63,537 nucleotides of DNA from an uncultured Oscillospiraceae bacterium (GCA_964525815.1 CAZGJQ010000001.1:1-63537); one strand, 5' to 3'. Counted from the first letter of the stretch, positions 1 to 10,381 are shown. Translations and numbers: made by a program. The notes: a model not told the origin generated them from the sequence alone.

Positions 1-126
1 ACGCAAATCCTTCCCCCGTTCCTACACTCCGCAGCGATTGGAGTAAACCATCATCAAGCTGTTGTAAAACTGGATGAAAAAACGACAGCGGGACCAACAG
101 CGATAAAATCGAATACCGGATATGAG

Positions 127-165
127 CCGAACAGGAAATATACTTTTTCTTGTTGGGCTTTTTTC
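127..165 (+). terminator. Terminator-like hairpin with T-run upstream of first gene
   Basis: CCGAACAGGAAA (127-138) pairs with TTTCTTGTTGGG (146-157; one G:T, one mismatch), followed by CTTTTTTC. It lies just upstream of GGAGG 179-183 and ATG 188. Confidence 0.35.
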
Positions 166-187
166 ATGCCCGGACACAGGAGGCAGC

Positions 188-1057
188 ATGGCAGTATGTA
201 GAGTTGAAAAGAACAAAAACTATACCACCATGTCCAACTATCATCTGCGAGACCCCAACCTGTCCAACAAAGCACGAGGACTTCTGTCCACGATGCTTTC
301 CCTCCCCGATAATTGGGATTACACAACACGAGGTCTTGCAAGGATTTGTAAGGACGGCGTGGATGGGATTACCGCCCAGCTCAAAGAGCTTGAACGGTAC
401 GGCTACCTTGTACGCCACCGTATTCGTGACAGCACCGGCAGAATCACGGATATGGAGTACATCATCTATGAGCGACCACATACGGCTTCACCAGATACGG
501 AAAAGCCGGATATGGCAAAACCGGATATGGCTTTCCCACGTCTGGAAACTCCCGCACAAATAAATATAGATAAAAGAAGTACAGAAGAAATAAATACTGA
601 TTCAGTAAATACTCATTCATTCTTTTCCGACGGTTCCCGTCCGTCTGTGCTTGCAGCACTTGAAGCGAAGCGAAAAGAAACGAGTGTCAGAGATATGGAT
701 GAGTATAGAGAACTCATAAAGGAGAATATCGACTATGACATTCTTCTCTCGGATATGCCGTATGACCAGGACCGTTTGGAGGAAATTCTGGAGCTGATTG
801 TGGAAACCGTTTGCTCTACGAAAAAATATATCCGAGTTGCCGGTTCGGACTTGCCTGCGGAAGTGGTTCGTTCCAGACTTCTCAAACTGGATGCGGGACA
901 CATTCAATTCGTGTTCGATTGTCTCAAAGAGAATACAACGAAAATTCGCAACATCAAGCAATACCTGTTGACCACGCTGTACAATGCCCCAGCCACCATC
1001 GGCAATTACTATTCAGCGTTGGTTCAGCATGATATGTACGGCGACTCTCGTGACTGA
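188..1057 (+). CDS. Winged-helix DNA-binding, replication-initiator/DnaD-like protein (conserved ICE gene; C-terminal part resembles DUF6017)
   Basis: The ORF-track frame 122..1057 was trimmed to ATG 188, which is preceded by GGAGG at 179-183. The N-terminus (MSNYHLRDPNLSNKARGLLSTMLSLPDNWDYT...LERYGYL) is a typical wHTH of ICE/phage replication organisers. Confidence 0.7.
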   Translation: MAVCRVEKNKNYTTMSNYHLRDPNLSNKARGLLSTMLSLPDNWDYTTRGLARICKDGVDGITAQLKELERYGYLVRHRIRDSTGRITDMEYIIYERPHTASPDTEKPDMAKPDMAFPRLETPAQINIDKRSTEEINTDSVNTHSFFSDGSRPSVLAALEAKRKETSVRDMDEYRELIKENIDYDILLSDMPYDQDRLEEILELIVETVCSTKKYIRVAGSDLPAEVVRSRLLKLDAGHIQFVFDCLKENTTKIRNIKQYLLTTLYNAPATIGNYYSALVQHDMYGDSRD

Positions 1058-1183
1058 CACGGGAGTATTTTTCGCCAAGGAAAGGAGGCTGACTTTTGGA
1101 AATCCATCTTTACCACCGAGAAAGACCGCCTTAGTGCGTTTCTTTCTTGACCTGCACACTCTTAACGGAAGGAGGTATGTATA

Positions 1184-1672
1184 TTGCAGGAAGAAGTTGA
1201 AAGCAGGACAGTTACACTGGCAATCACCACAACGAAGATGACCGCCAATGTTTTGAAACAGGCTATTTCCAAATATCTTGCACACCGCAAGGAAAAGAAA
1301 ATGGAGAAAGCCCGTGCCGGTCCTGTAAAACCCTGCGGGAAGCAAAGCGTGAAGCAGCTCGTAGGGCAAAATCAAGGTGTTACCAACATCGAGATTACAG
1401 ACAAGAACATCAAGGACTTTGAGCGAATTGCGAGGAAATATGGCGTTGATTTCGCTCTGAAAAAGGATAAGACCGGCGATATTCCCAAATACCTTGTTTT
1501 CTTCAAAGCTCGTGATGCCGATGCTCTGACGCAGGCATTCAAAGAGTACACGGCGAAAACCGACCGCAAGAAGGACCGTCCGTCTGTGCTCCATAAGCTC
1601 CGCAGATTCAAGGAACAGGCGGTGGACATCGACACGCCGAAGGTTCGCAAGAAGGAGCTGGATGCACGATGA
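1184..1672 (+). CDS. PcfB family protein (DUF3801)
   Basis: TTG start 8 nt after GGAGG (1171-1175). The motif GVTNIEITDKNIKDFERIARKYGVDFAL is characteristic of PcfB/DUF3801. It overlaps the next gene by 4 nt. Confidence 0.8.
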   Translation: MQEEVESRTVTLAITTTKMTANVLKQAISKYLAHRKEKKMEKARAGPVKPCGKQSVKQLVGQNQGVTNIEITDKNIKDFERIARKYGVDFALKKDKTGDIPKYLVFFKARDADALTQAFKEYTAKTDRKKDRPSVLHKLRRFKEQAVDIDTPKVRKKELDAR

Positions 1673-2293
1673 AACAGGTGAATTACAAAAAGCTCATTCT
1701 GCCCAATATCCCCTATGTGTTCATAGCCCTCTTTGCCACAAAGCTCGGACAGGCCGCACGGCTTGCACCGGGCTTTGACTTTTCCTCCAAGGTTCTGAAC
1801 ATCATGCAGGGATTCTCGATGGCATTTGAAAACATCCTGCCGAGCGTTCATCCGGTTGACCTATTGGTGGGTATTGCCGCCGCAGTCGGCTTAAAGCTGG
1901 CGGTCTACATCAAGGGCAAGAACGCCAAGAAGTTTCGCAAAAATCTGGAATACGGTTCGGCTCGCTGGGGTACACGGGAGGACATTGCGCCATTCGTTGA
2001 CCCTGTGTTTGAGAACAATGTCATTCTCACCCAAACAGAAAGCCTTATGATGTCCAACCGCCCCAAAGACCCCAAAAACGCACGAAACAAAAACGTGCTT
2101 GTGGTCGGCGGTTCGGGTTCCGGTAAGACGAGGTTCTTCATAAAGCCTCAGCTCTTACAAGCCCATTCTTCCTATGTGGTCACGGACCCGAAAGGCGGAT
2201 TAGTCAACGAAACAGGCGCTTTTCTGTTGCGAAAAAACTACCGCTTAAAAATTTTCAATACTATCAACTTCAAGAAGTCGATGCACTATAACC
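1669..2293 (+). CDS. virD4: Type IV coupling protein (VirD4/TraG/TcpA-like), exon 1
   Basis: N-terminal TM segments and Walker A VVGGSGSGKT. Family similarity ends at ...FKKSMHYN; the following residues in the ORF track are intron read-through. Confidence 0.85.
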
Positions 2294-3074
2294 GTGAAGC
2301 GACACGTTGCTCGCAAACAAACTTTGCGTGGGATTAATCCTGCAAAAAGGTAAAAGCGGCGGGAAAACATAGTTTTCCTAACTGATACCTCGAGGAGTGG
2401 AATGATGGGGTAACGCCCTGAAACGCTCCCCCTGATACTGCGTTGGAGGAAACGGAGTGCAGTCTCCGGGACTGACACAGCACGCTGAAGTCGGCTGTCT
2501 GCATCCGCTACTGTCCCTTTGGGGATAAGGCAAAACCGAGCCAGAGGTGGCCGGGGATGTTAGGCCGGGGGTCTATAAAATGCCTATGGAAAGAATGTGG
2601 TTCTCTGACCACTGACAAAAGTCCGAATGTACGGGTCTACAAGTCTCAAACGGCAGAAATGCCGTTGCCGCGTAAGCGGAGCATGTGGGGTAAAGTAAAA
2701 TTGGTTGTTATGAAATTCCCTGTGGCGTTACAGGCGTCACCCAGCATGCAGGCCCAGAGGACAAGCCTAAGGGTATTATGAACAGATAGAGGTAACGGAA
2801 CGTGGAAAGTTCCGGACGTGGAGCGATTGCACGCTATGAAGCGCTGAAAAGGAAAACCGTGTCGGCCATATCGGGAGGTGCGGTATAACTTTTCTTAATC
2901 CGGAATGAAAGTGCAGCCATGCTACCTGTGAAGCCGTGAATAAAGTAAGCGGTAGAGGGACGGGCTGTAGTCAGAGATGGATTGCAAGTATCATTTTCAT
3001 TCCTAACAAACATCATAGGTTCGAGTAGGACTAAGAAAGGCGAAAACCATGAGAAATCAGGTGAGTACCCGACT

Positions 3075-4985
3075 ATGGCAACAAAATCGAAGGTTCAAAA
3101 GAAGGCAAAATTACGCCATGCCGAATACTATGACTTCCAAAGCATTCAAGATAAGCTGTACGCCGACAGCGGCAAAGGGAAAATCTTTAAGAATTTGGTG
3201 GATATAATCACTATGCCGGAAAACATTCGGTTGGCATACCGCAACATTAAGAAGAACAGCGGGAGCAAAACGGCTGGCATAGACAACCATACAATTAAAT
3301 ATCTCGAAAATTTATCTGATGCGCAGCTAATCCGCGCAGTACAAAACAAATTACGCTGGTATGTTCCACAGAGCGTCCGCAGGGTTGAAATTCCCAAAGA
3401 TAACGACCCGTCGAAGAAGCGTCCGCTTGGCATCCCCACCATCATGGACAGACTGATACAGCAATGCGTGTTGCAGGTTTTGGAGCCGATATGCGAAGCA
3501 AAATTCCATGACCAAAGCTACGGCTTCCGGCCAAATCGCAGTCAGGAGAACGCTATCTCCAAGGTGTACAACAATATGCAGCTACGCCATCTGTATTATG
3601 TAGTGGATATCGACATCAAGGGCTTCTTTGACAATGTGAGCCATGGCAAGCTGCTGAAACAACTCTGGACATTGGGCATCCGTGACAAGAAGCTGCTGAG
3701 TATCATTTCAGCTATGCTGAAAGCGGAGGTGGCCGGTATCGGCTTCCCGAAAAGGGGTACGCCGCAGGGCGGCATCATTTCGCCGCTCTTGTCAAATGTA
3801 GTGCTCAACGAGTTGGATTGGTGGCTCGCAAGCCAATGGGAGTACTTCCCTACACGCCATCCGTTCAAATTCTATCGGCACAAAAATGGAAGCGAAAACA
3901 GAGGGAATATGTACACCTCGCTCCGTGCTTTCAGCAGATTGAAGGAAATTTCCTTCGTACGGTATGCGGACGACTTCAAAATCTTCACCAGCAGCTATCA
4001 AAATGCGGTAAAACTGTTCCATGCAACAAAGAATTGGCTGAAAGACCGCCTGAATCTGGATATCAGCCCCGAAAAATCCAAGTTAATTAACCTGAAAGAA
4101 CACTATTCGGAGTTTCTGGGATTCAAGATGAAGGTTGTTCCACGGGGAAAACGCCCGGACGGAAGCACAAAATATTCGGTCGAAAGCCATATCAAGGATA
4201 AAGCGCTGGATAAAATTCGAGAAAACCTTGCGCGGCTAACTTATGATATCGAGTTCCCTTCACAGGGTAAGCATACGCTGTACAGCGCAGTTTGTAAATA
4301 CAATGCGTATGTTATCGGTATTCATGAGTATTACGAGCTTGCAACACATATTTGCAATGACTTGAACGACATCGCCTTCTTTGTCCACAAGAGCCTGAAA
4401 GCACGGCTTCGAAACAGGCTTAAATCTGCTAAAGTTGTAAGGAAACGGAAAATTCCATGTAAAATCTCCACGGTTATCAAAAATCGGTATGGTGACAGCA
4501 ATCAATTGAAATATGTGGAGGGCTGCGCTCTTGCCCCGATTGGGTACGCACGACACAGAATCGCCAAGCAAAAGAAACGGTCGGTCAATTCCTACACACC
4601 GGAGGGCAGGGCTGAAATTCACAGCAGCTTGAACAACATTGATATGAATACCCTGCACTATCTGATGCGCAATCCTGTTCTACATTGTTCCATCGAATAC
4701 AACGACAACAGATTGTCGCTCTATTCGGCACAGCAGGGCAAATGTGCGCTCACGGGCAAACCGCTGACCATCGGCGATATCCACTGTCATCATAAAGTTC
4801 CCAAGCATTTGGGCGGCACGGACAAATACCAAAATCTTACGCTTATATGCGAAGCCGCCCACCGTCTAATCCACGCCACAAACATCGATACCATCGCAAA
4901 ATATATGGAAATCCTGAACCTTACACCCAAGCAGATGAAAACCCTGAATAGCTTTAGGAGCCTTGCTTCTGTTGAGAGTTGTTAG
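3075..4985 (+). CDS. Group II intron reverse transcriptase/maturase with C-terminal HNH endonuclease
   Basis: ATG 3075 gives MATKSKVQKK... RT motifs include RPLGIPTIMDRLIQQ and YADD (VRYADDFKIF). The maturase X region is followed by an HNH motif (CHHKVPKHLGGTDKYQNLTLICEAAHRLIH). Confidence 0.9.
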   Translation: MATKSKVQKKAKLRHAEYYDFQSIQDKLYADSGKGKIFKNLVDIITMPENIRLAYRNIKKNSGSKTAGIDNHTIKYLENLSDAQLIRAVQNKLRWYVPQSVRRVEIPKDNDPSKKRPLGIPTIMDRLIQQCVLQVLEPICEAKFHDQSYGFRPNRSQENAISKVYNNMQLRHLYYVVDIDIKGFFDNVSHGKLLKQLWTLGIRDKKLLSIISAMLKAEVAGIGFPKRGTPQGGIISPLLSNVVLNELDWWLASQWEYFPTRHPFKFYRHKNGSENRGNMYTSLRAFSRLKEISFVRYADDFKIFTSSYQNAVKLFHATKNWLKDRLNLDISPEKSKLINLKEHYSEFLGFKMKVVPRGKRPDGSTKYSVESHIKDKALDKIRENLARLTYDIEFPSQGKHTLYSAVCKYNAYVIGIHEYYELATHICNDLNDIAFFVHKSLKARLRNRLKSAKVVRKRKIPCKISTVIKNRYGDSNQLKYVEGCALAPIGYARHRIAKQKKRSVNSYTPEGRAEIHSSLNNIDMNTLHYLMRNPVLHCSIEYNDNRLSLYSAQQGKCALTGKPLTIGDIHCHHKVPKHLGGTDKYQNLTLICEAAHRLIHATNIDTIAKYMEILNLTPKQMKTLNSFRSLASVESC

Positions 4986-5013
4986 AATGACACGCAATCA
5001 CATCTTTGATGGC

Positions 5014-5047
5014 AAGCCGGGTGAGCTGAAAGGTTCATGCCCGGTTT
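5014..5047 (+). ncRNA. Group II intron domain V
   Basis: A 34-nt hairpin, AAGCCGGGTGAGCTGAAAGGTTCATGCCCGGTTT, with the AGC triad at 5015-5017, a GAAA loop at 5028-5031 and the closing stem AAGCCGGG/CCCGGTTT. Confidence 0.8.
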
Positions 5048-5096
5048 AGGGCGGGGGAAAATCCGCAGATAACATCAAAGGATTACCTATCGCTAT

Positions 5097-6289
5097 CCTT
5101 TGCTTATATCCATTCGGAGAAGGATATTTTGAAGTTGGTGACAACCCTAATCACCAATACCAAAGGTGACGGAAAATCCGGTGACGAGTTCTGGACGAAA
5201 GCGGAAACGCTGCTGTACACGGCTCTTATCGGATATATTCACTATGAAGCTCCGCCGGAAGAACAGAACTTTGCCACTCTGCTGGAGTTCATCAACGCTA
5301 TGGAAGTCCGTGAGGATGACGAGGAGTACAAAAATCCCGTTGACCGTATGTTTGAAGAACTGGCAGAAAAAGACCCAAACCACTTTGCGGTGCGCCAATA
5401 TGCAAAGTATTCTTTAGCGGCTGGCAAAACTGCTAAGTCGATTTTGGTGAGCTGCGGTGCTCGTCTGGCTCCCTTCGATATTGCAGAGCTTCGTGAAATC
5501 ACCATGTACGATGAGTTAGAGCTGGATACGCTTGGCGACAAGATATTCATTAACCCCAACGACCCCAAGGATAAGAGGTTTAGAAAGACGGCGCTGTTCC
5601 TCATTATGAGTGACACCGATTCGACCTTTAACTTCTTAATCTCTATGATTTATTCGCAGCTTTTCAACCTGCTTTGTGAGAAAGCTGATGACGTGTACGG
5701 TGGCAGATTGCCCGTCCACGTTCGATGCCTTATCGACGAGGCGGCGAATATCGGTCAGATTCCGAACCTTGAAAAGCTGGTAGCCACCATCCGAAGCCGT
5801 GAAATCTCTGCCTGTCTTGTCCTGCAGGCACAATCACAGTTAAAGGCTTTGTATAAGGACAATGCTGACACCATCATCGGTAACATGGACTCCCGTATCT
5901 TCCTGGGCGGTGCGGAACCGACCACGCTGAAAGAACTGAACCAGTCACTCGGCAAGGAAACGATTGATACCTTCAATACTGGTGAGAGCCGTGGCAGAGA
6001 GGTTTCTCATTCTCTTAACTATCAAAAGCTCGGAAAAGACCTTGCGACGATAGACGAGCTTGCCGTCCTTGATGGCGGTAAGTGCATCCTGCAGCTTCGT
6101 GGTGTAAGACCGTTTATGTCAAATAAATTCGATATAACCAAGCACCCGAACTACAAGTACCTGTCAGATGCAGACGACAGGAACTATTTCGATGTGGAAA
6201 AGTACCTCTCCACCCGTCTTAAAACCAAACCGGACGATGTTTACGAAGTTTTTGAAGTAGATGCGTCCGATGCGTCAGCAACCGCCTAA
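5097..6289 (+). CDS. virD4: Type IV coupling protein (VirD4/TraG/TcpA-like), exon 2
   Basis: It continues the frame of exon 1 after intron removal. The sequence includes TNTKGDGKSGDEFWTKAE and LIDEAANIG (Walker B-like). Confidence 0.85.
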
Positions 6290-6374
6290 CAAGCGGTTTT
6301 TATTATAGATAAGACGCCAAAGACAAAATGACCACTTTCAAAAATTAAACCAAACAAAAATTTTTGAAAGGAGC

Positions 6375-6437
6375 GCTGAAAGCAAGATTCTGTGGTCTGT
6401 GCGGCACTTGTGCCAATGCACACTCTTAGCTTTCAGC
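6375..6437 (+). promoter_or_regulatory. Leader hairpin separating the only SD-like sequence from the Maff2 start codon
   Basis: GCTGAAAGC (6375-6383) is perfectly complementary to GCTTTCAGC (6429-6437). AAAGGAG at 6367-6373 lies 1 nt before the stem and ATG 6449 lies 11 nt after it. There is no SD directly upstream of the ATG. Confidence 0.4.
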
Positions 6438-6448
6438 AACATTAGTAT

Positions 6449-6661
6449 ATGGCATTTTTTACTTCTGCAGTTGGTGTCCTCCAGACTCTCGTTATTGCTC
6501 TTGGTGCCGGTCTTGGCATTTGGGGTGTTATCAACCTTCTGGAAGGTTACGGTAACGACAACCCCGGTGCAAAGTCCCAGGGTATGAAGCAGCTCATGGC
6601 AGGCGGCGGTGTCGCTCTCATCGGTACGACCCTCGTTCCTTTGCTCTCCAGCTTGTTCTAA
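6449..6661 (+). CDS. Maff2 family small membrane protein
   Basis: A 70-aa protein with two hydrophobic segments and a central EGYGNDNPGAKSQGMKQL loop typical of the Maff2 family in Clostridial ICEs. Confidence 0.75.
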   Translation: MAFFTSAVGVLQTLVIALGAGLGIWGVINLLEGYGNDNPGAKSQGMKQLMAGGGVALIGTTLVPLLSSLF

Positions 6662-6697
6662 AGGACTGTTTCCGAAAGCAAATCAATTCCAGACCAT

Positions 6698-6729
6698 AAG
6701 GGGATACCGTTTGACGGCGGTATCCCCTT
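6698..6729 (+). other. Perfect 12-bp intercistronic hairpin (no T-run)
   Basis: AAGGGGATACCG (6698-6709) pairs with CGGTATCCCCTT (6718-6729) around an 8-nt loop. It sits between Maff2 and the VirB6-like gene, immediately before that gene's SD. Confidence 0.5.
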
Positions 6730-6750
6730 GAAAGGAGGGATACGCCGTCT

Positions 6751-7623
6751 ATGGGAATGATTATGGATTCGATAACCGAGTGGCTAAAAGAGATTTTGGT
6801 CAGCGGTATCATCAGTAATCTCTCCGGTATGTTCGACAGCGTGAACCAACAGGTCGGTGATATTGCAGGGCAAGTGGGAGCGACTCCCCAAGCGTGGAAC
6901 GGCGCAATCTACAACATGATACGAAGTTTGTCGGATAACGTCATCATCCCGATAGCCGGTGTCATACTTGCGTTCGTTATGACCCTGGAGCTAATCCAGA
7001 TGGTAGCGGACAAAAACAATATGCACGGCGATGTGGACACCTGGATGTTCTTTAAGTGGATTTTCAAGACGGCTGCCGCCGTGCTGATTGTCACCAACAC
7101 ATGGAACATCGTTATGGGCGTTTTCGATGTAGGTCAGAGTGTAGTGAATAGTGCCGCAGGCGTTATCGCACATGATACTTCCATCGACATCAATTCAATC
7201 GTTGTGGACTTGGAAGCCAGACTTATGGCGATGGATCTGGGGCCGCTATTCGGTCTGTGGTTCCAGAGCCTGTTTGTCGGCATCTGCACTTGGGCACTCA
7301 CTATCTGTATTTTCATCATCACCTACGGTCGCATGATTGAAATATACCTCGTGACCTCCGTTGCTCCTATCCCTATGGCAACGATGGTCAGCAAGGAAAG
7401 CGGAAACATGGGTCAGAATTACCTGCGCTCCCTGTTTGCGTTAGCTTTCCAAGCCTTTCTCATTATTGTCTGTGTGGCGATTTATGCGGCTCTCGTTCAG
7501 AACATCGCCGTTGGAACAGACATCAGTTATGCCATCTGGACTTGCATGGGTTACACGGTTCTGCTGTGCTTCACCCTGTTCAAGACCGGCTCTATGGCTA
7601 AATCTATCTTCTCGGCACATTAA
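6751..7623 (+). CDS. VirB6/TrbL-like polytopic membrane T4SS protein (CD1112-type)
   Basis: A 290-aa protein with multiple TM segments. SD GAAAGGAGGG lies upstream. The position between Maff2 and PrgI/VirB4 is as in related ICEs. Confidence 0.75.
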   Translation: MGMIMDSITEWLKEILVSGIISNLSGMFDSVNQQVGDIAGQVGATPQAWNGAIYNMIRSLSDNVIIPIAGVILAFVMTLELIQMVADKNNMHGDVDTWMFFKWIFKTAAAVLIVTNTWNIVMGVFDVGQSVVNSAAGVIAHDTSIDINSIVVDLEARLMAMDLGPLFGLWFQSLFVGICTWALTICIFIITYGRMIEIYLVTSVAPIPMATMVSKESGNMGQNYLRSLFALAFQAFLIIVCVAIYAALVQNIAVGTDISYAIWTCMGYTVLLCFTLFKTGSMAKSIFSAH

Positions 7624-7641
7624 GAACGGAGGTGGTTAAAT

Positions 7642-8010
7642 ATGGCTTATGTGCCCGTACCCAAAGACCTGAACGCAGTCAAAACCAAGGTTATGTTCAA
7701 CCTTACCAAACGTCAGCTCGTGTGCTTCGGCTCCGGTGCTGCGGTTGCCATTCCTCTGTTTTTTCTGTGTAAAAGCTGCATGGACACAAGTGTGGCGTCG
7801 CTCATTATGATTCTCGTCCTTTTGCCGTTTATGATGCTGGCCATGTACGAAAAGAACGGACAGCCCCTGGAAAAGATTGTCCGTAACATCGTGCAGGTCT
7901 GCATCCTGCGTCCCAAGCAGCGACCGTACCGGACCAACAACTTCTATACGGTACTGGAACGACAGGAAAAACTCGATAAGGAGGTATATCGTATTGTCCA
8001 CAAAAAGTAA
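7642..8010 (+). CDS. PrgI family T4SS membrane protein
   Basis: The N-terminus MAYVPVPKDLNAVKTKVMFNLTKRQLVCFG followed by TM segments is the PrgI-family signature. Confidence 0.75.
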   Translation: MAYVPVPKDLNAVKTKVMFNLTKRQLVCFGSGAAVAIPLFFLCKSCMDTSVASLIMILVLLPFMMLAMYEKNGQPLEKIVRNIVQVCILRPKQRPYRTNNFYTVLERQEKLDKEVYRIVHKK

Positions 8011-10381
8011 GCTCACGAGGGCGGAAAGAAAAGAAATTGAAGCCGCCATCGCAAGAGCGAAAAACCAGGATAAAAAGAAGAAGTCGGCACAGGACTCCAT
8101 TCCCTTTGAGCGAATGTTTCCCGACGGCATCTGCCGTGTGAAGCCCGGCTACTTCACCAAAACCATCCAGTTCCAGGACATCAACTATCAGCTCAATCAA
8201 AACGAAGATAAAACGGCTATCTTCGAGGGCTGGTGTGATTTCCTCAACTACTTCGACAGCTCTGTAAAATTCCAGTTGTCCTTTATGAATATGGCGGCAA
8301 ACAAGGACACCTATGGGAGCAGCATCGAAATCCCGTCACAGGGCGACGACTTTGACGGTATCCGTGAGGAATACACGGATATGCTGAGAAGCCAGCTTGC
8401 CCGTGGCAACAACGGTCTTATCAAGACCAAGTATCTGACCTTCGGTATTGAAGCGGCAAGCGTTAAGGAGGCAAAGCCGAGGCTTGACCGCATTGAGACC
8501 GACATTCTCAACAACTTTAAGAGGCTCGGCGTGACAGCAGAACCCTTGAACGGCAAACAGCGCCTTGCCTTGATGCACGGGATGTTCCACATGGATGAGC
8601 AGCTTGATTTCAACTTTTCTTGGGACTGGCTGGCACCCACCGGACTTTCCGTAAAGGACTTCATCGCCCCAAGCTCCTTTGAGTTTAGAAACGGCAAGGA
8701 GTTCGGTGTCGGCAAGAAACTGGGTGCCGTGTCCTTCCTGCAAATCCTTGCTCCCGAACTCAATGACCGTATGCTGGCAGACTTCCTTGATATGGAGTCC
8801 AGCTTGATTGTCACCATGCACATTCAGTCGGTTGACCAGGTAAAGGCAATCAAGACGGTTAAGCGTAAAATCACCGATTTGCAGAAAATGACCATTGAGG
8901 AACAGAAAAAGGCAGTTCGCTCCGGTTACGATATGGACATCATTCCAAGCGACCTTGCCACCTACGGCAATGAGGCAAAGAAAATCCTGCAGGATTTGCA
9001 GAGCCGTAACGAGCGTATGTTCCTTCTGACCTTCCTTGTGCTCAACACAGCAAACACCAAACAGCAGCTTGCCAACAACGTATTCCAGGCATCCAGCATT
9101 GCCCAGAAATACAACTGCCAGCTCACAAGACTCGACTTTCAGCAGGAAGAAGGGCTGATGTCCTCTCTGCCGTTGGGACTCAACCAAATCGAAATTCAGC
9201 GAGGCTTGACCACATCAAGCGTCGCTATTTTTGTACCCTTTACCACGCAGGAGTTGTTCCAGACCGGCGACGAAGCGCTGTACTGCGGCATCAACGCTCT
9301 TTCCAACAACCTCATTATGGTAGACCGAAAGAAGCTGAAGAACCCTAACGGCTTGATTCTTGGCACACCGGGCAGTGGTAAGTCCTTCTCGGCAAAGCGT
9401 GAGATTGCCAATGTGTTTCTCGTAACCGATGATGATATTATCATCTGCGACCCCGAAGCCGAGTACGGTCCCCTGGTGGAGCGTCTGCACGGACAGGTTA
9501 TCCGCATTTCTCCGACCTCGCCTCACTATATCAATCCCATGGATTTGAACCTCAACTATTCGGACGACGAAAATCCGTTGTCGCTGAAATCTGACTTTAT
9601 CCTCTCTCTGTGCGAGTTGATTGTCGGCGGCAAGGAGGGCTTGCAGCCTGTCGAAAAGACGGTCATCGACCGTTGTGTGCGATTGGTGTACCGGGACTAT
9701 CTGGCTGACCCCGTTCCCGAAAAGATGCCCATTCTGGAGGACTTGTACAACGAGCTTTTGAAACAGGAGGAAAAAGAAGCCCACTATATCGCAACCGCTT
9801 TGGAAATCTATGTTTCCGGCTCCCTCAATGTGTTCAACCACCGTACCAACGTGGATATTCACAGCCGTATCGTGTCCTACGACATCAAGGAGCTGGGAAA
9901 ACAGCTCAAGAAAATCGGTATGTTGATTGTCCAGGACCAGGTGTGGAACAGGGTGACGGTCAACCGTGAGGCACGGAAATCCACCCGCTACTATATCGAC
10001 GAAATGCACCTGCTTTTGAAGGAGGAGCAGACAGCAGCATACAGCGTCGAGATTTGGAAGCGATTCCGTAAATGGGGTGGCATCCCCACGGGTATCACGC
10101 AGAATGTCAAAGACCTGTTATCCAGCCGTGAGGTTGAGAACATCTTCGAGAACTCTGACTATATCTATATGCTGAACCAGGCATCCGGCGACCGTCAGAT
10201 TCTTGCCAAGCATCTGAATATATCGCCTCACCAGCTCTCGTATGTCACCCACAGCGGTGAAGGCGAAGGGCTGCTTTTTTATGGCTCCGTTATCCTGCCT
10301 TTCGTTGACCGATTCCCGAAGGATACCGAACTGTACCGTATCATGACCACCAAGCCGCAGGAACAGACGGCTAAGAATTAA
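7994..10381 (+). CDS. virB4: VirB4-like conjugal transfer ATPase
   Basis: The ORF-track frame 7877.. was trimmed to TTG 7994, 10 nt after AAGGAGG (7978-7983). It has Walker A GTPGSGKS, Walker B YYIDEMH and the typical VirB4 length. Confidence 0.85.
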   Translation: MSTKSKLTRAERKEIEAAIARAKNQDKKKKSAQDSIPFERMFPDGICRVKPGYFTKTIQFQDINYQLNQNEDKTAIFEGWCDFLNYFDSSVKFQLSFMNMAANKDTYGSSIEIPSQGDDFDGIREEYTDMLRSQLARGNNGLIKTKYLTFGIEAASVKEAKPRLDRIETDILNNFKRLGVTAEPLNGKQRLALMHGMFHMDEQLDFNFSWDWLAPTGLSVKDFIAPSSFEFRNGKEFGVGKKLGAVSFLQILAPELNDRMLADFLDMESSLIVTMHIQSVDQVKAIKTVKRKITDLQKMTIEEQKKAVRSGYDMDIIPSDLATYGNEAKKILQDLQSRNERMFLLTFLVLNTANTKQQLANNVFQASSIAQKYNCQLTRLDFQQEEGLMSSLPLGLNQIEIQRGLTTSSVAIFVPFTTQELFQTGDEALYCGINALSNNLIMVDRKKLKNPNGLILGTPGSGKSFSAKREIANVFLVTDDDIIICDPEAEYGPLVERLHGQVIRISPTSPHYINPMDLNLNYSDDENPLSLKSDFILSLCELIVGGKEGLQPVEKTVIDRCVRLVYRDYLADPVPEKMPILEDLYNELLKQEEKEAHYIATALEIYVSGSLNVFNHRTNVDIHSRIVSYDIKELGKQLKKIGMLIVQDQVWNRVTVNREARKSTRYYIDEMHLLLKEEQTAAYSVEIWKRFRKWGGIPTGITQNVKDLLSSREVENIFENSDYIYMLNQASGDRQILAKHLNISPHQLSYVTHSGEGEGLLFYGSVILPFVDRFPKDTELYRIMTTKPQEQTAKN

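Larger units (their letters stand above)
2294..5096 (+). mobile_element. Group II intron (ribozyme plus intron-encoded protein) inserted in the coupling-protein gene
   Basis: It begins GTGAAG and ends CTAT. A domain V hairpin lies at 5014-5047, with an RT/maturase/HNH ORF inside. Removing 2294-5096 joins ...MHYN + PFAYIHSEKDILKLV..., restoring one continuous coupling-protein frame. Confidence 0.85.

Noticed and set aside
2338-3016. Short ORFs inside the 5' part of the group II intron (for example 2557-2781(+), 2834-3016(-), 2245-2478(-)).
   Set aside because: This region is the ribozyme portion (domains I-III and the start of IV) upstream of the intron-encoded protein. The ORFs have no SD and implausible sequences.
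6399-6587. A 62-aa ORF overlapping the Maff2 gene in another frame.
   Set aside because: The Maff2 frame gives a recognisable family sequence. The alternative frame is a hydrophobic artefact.
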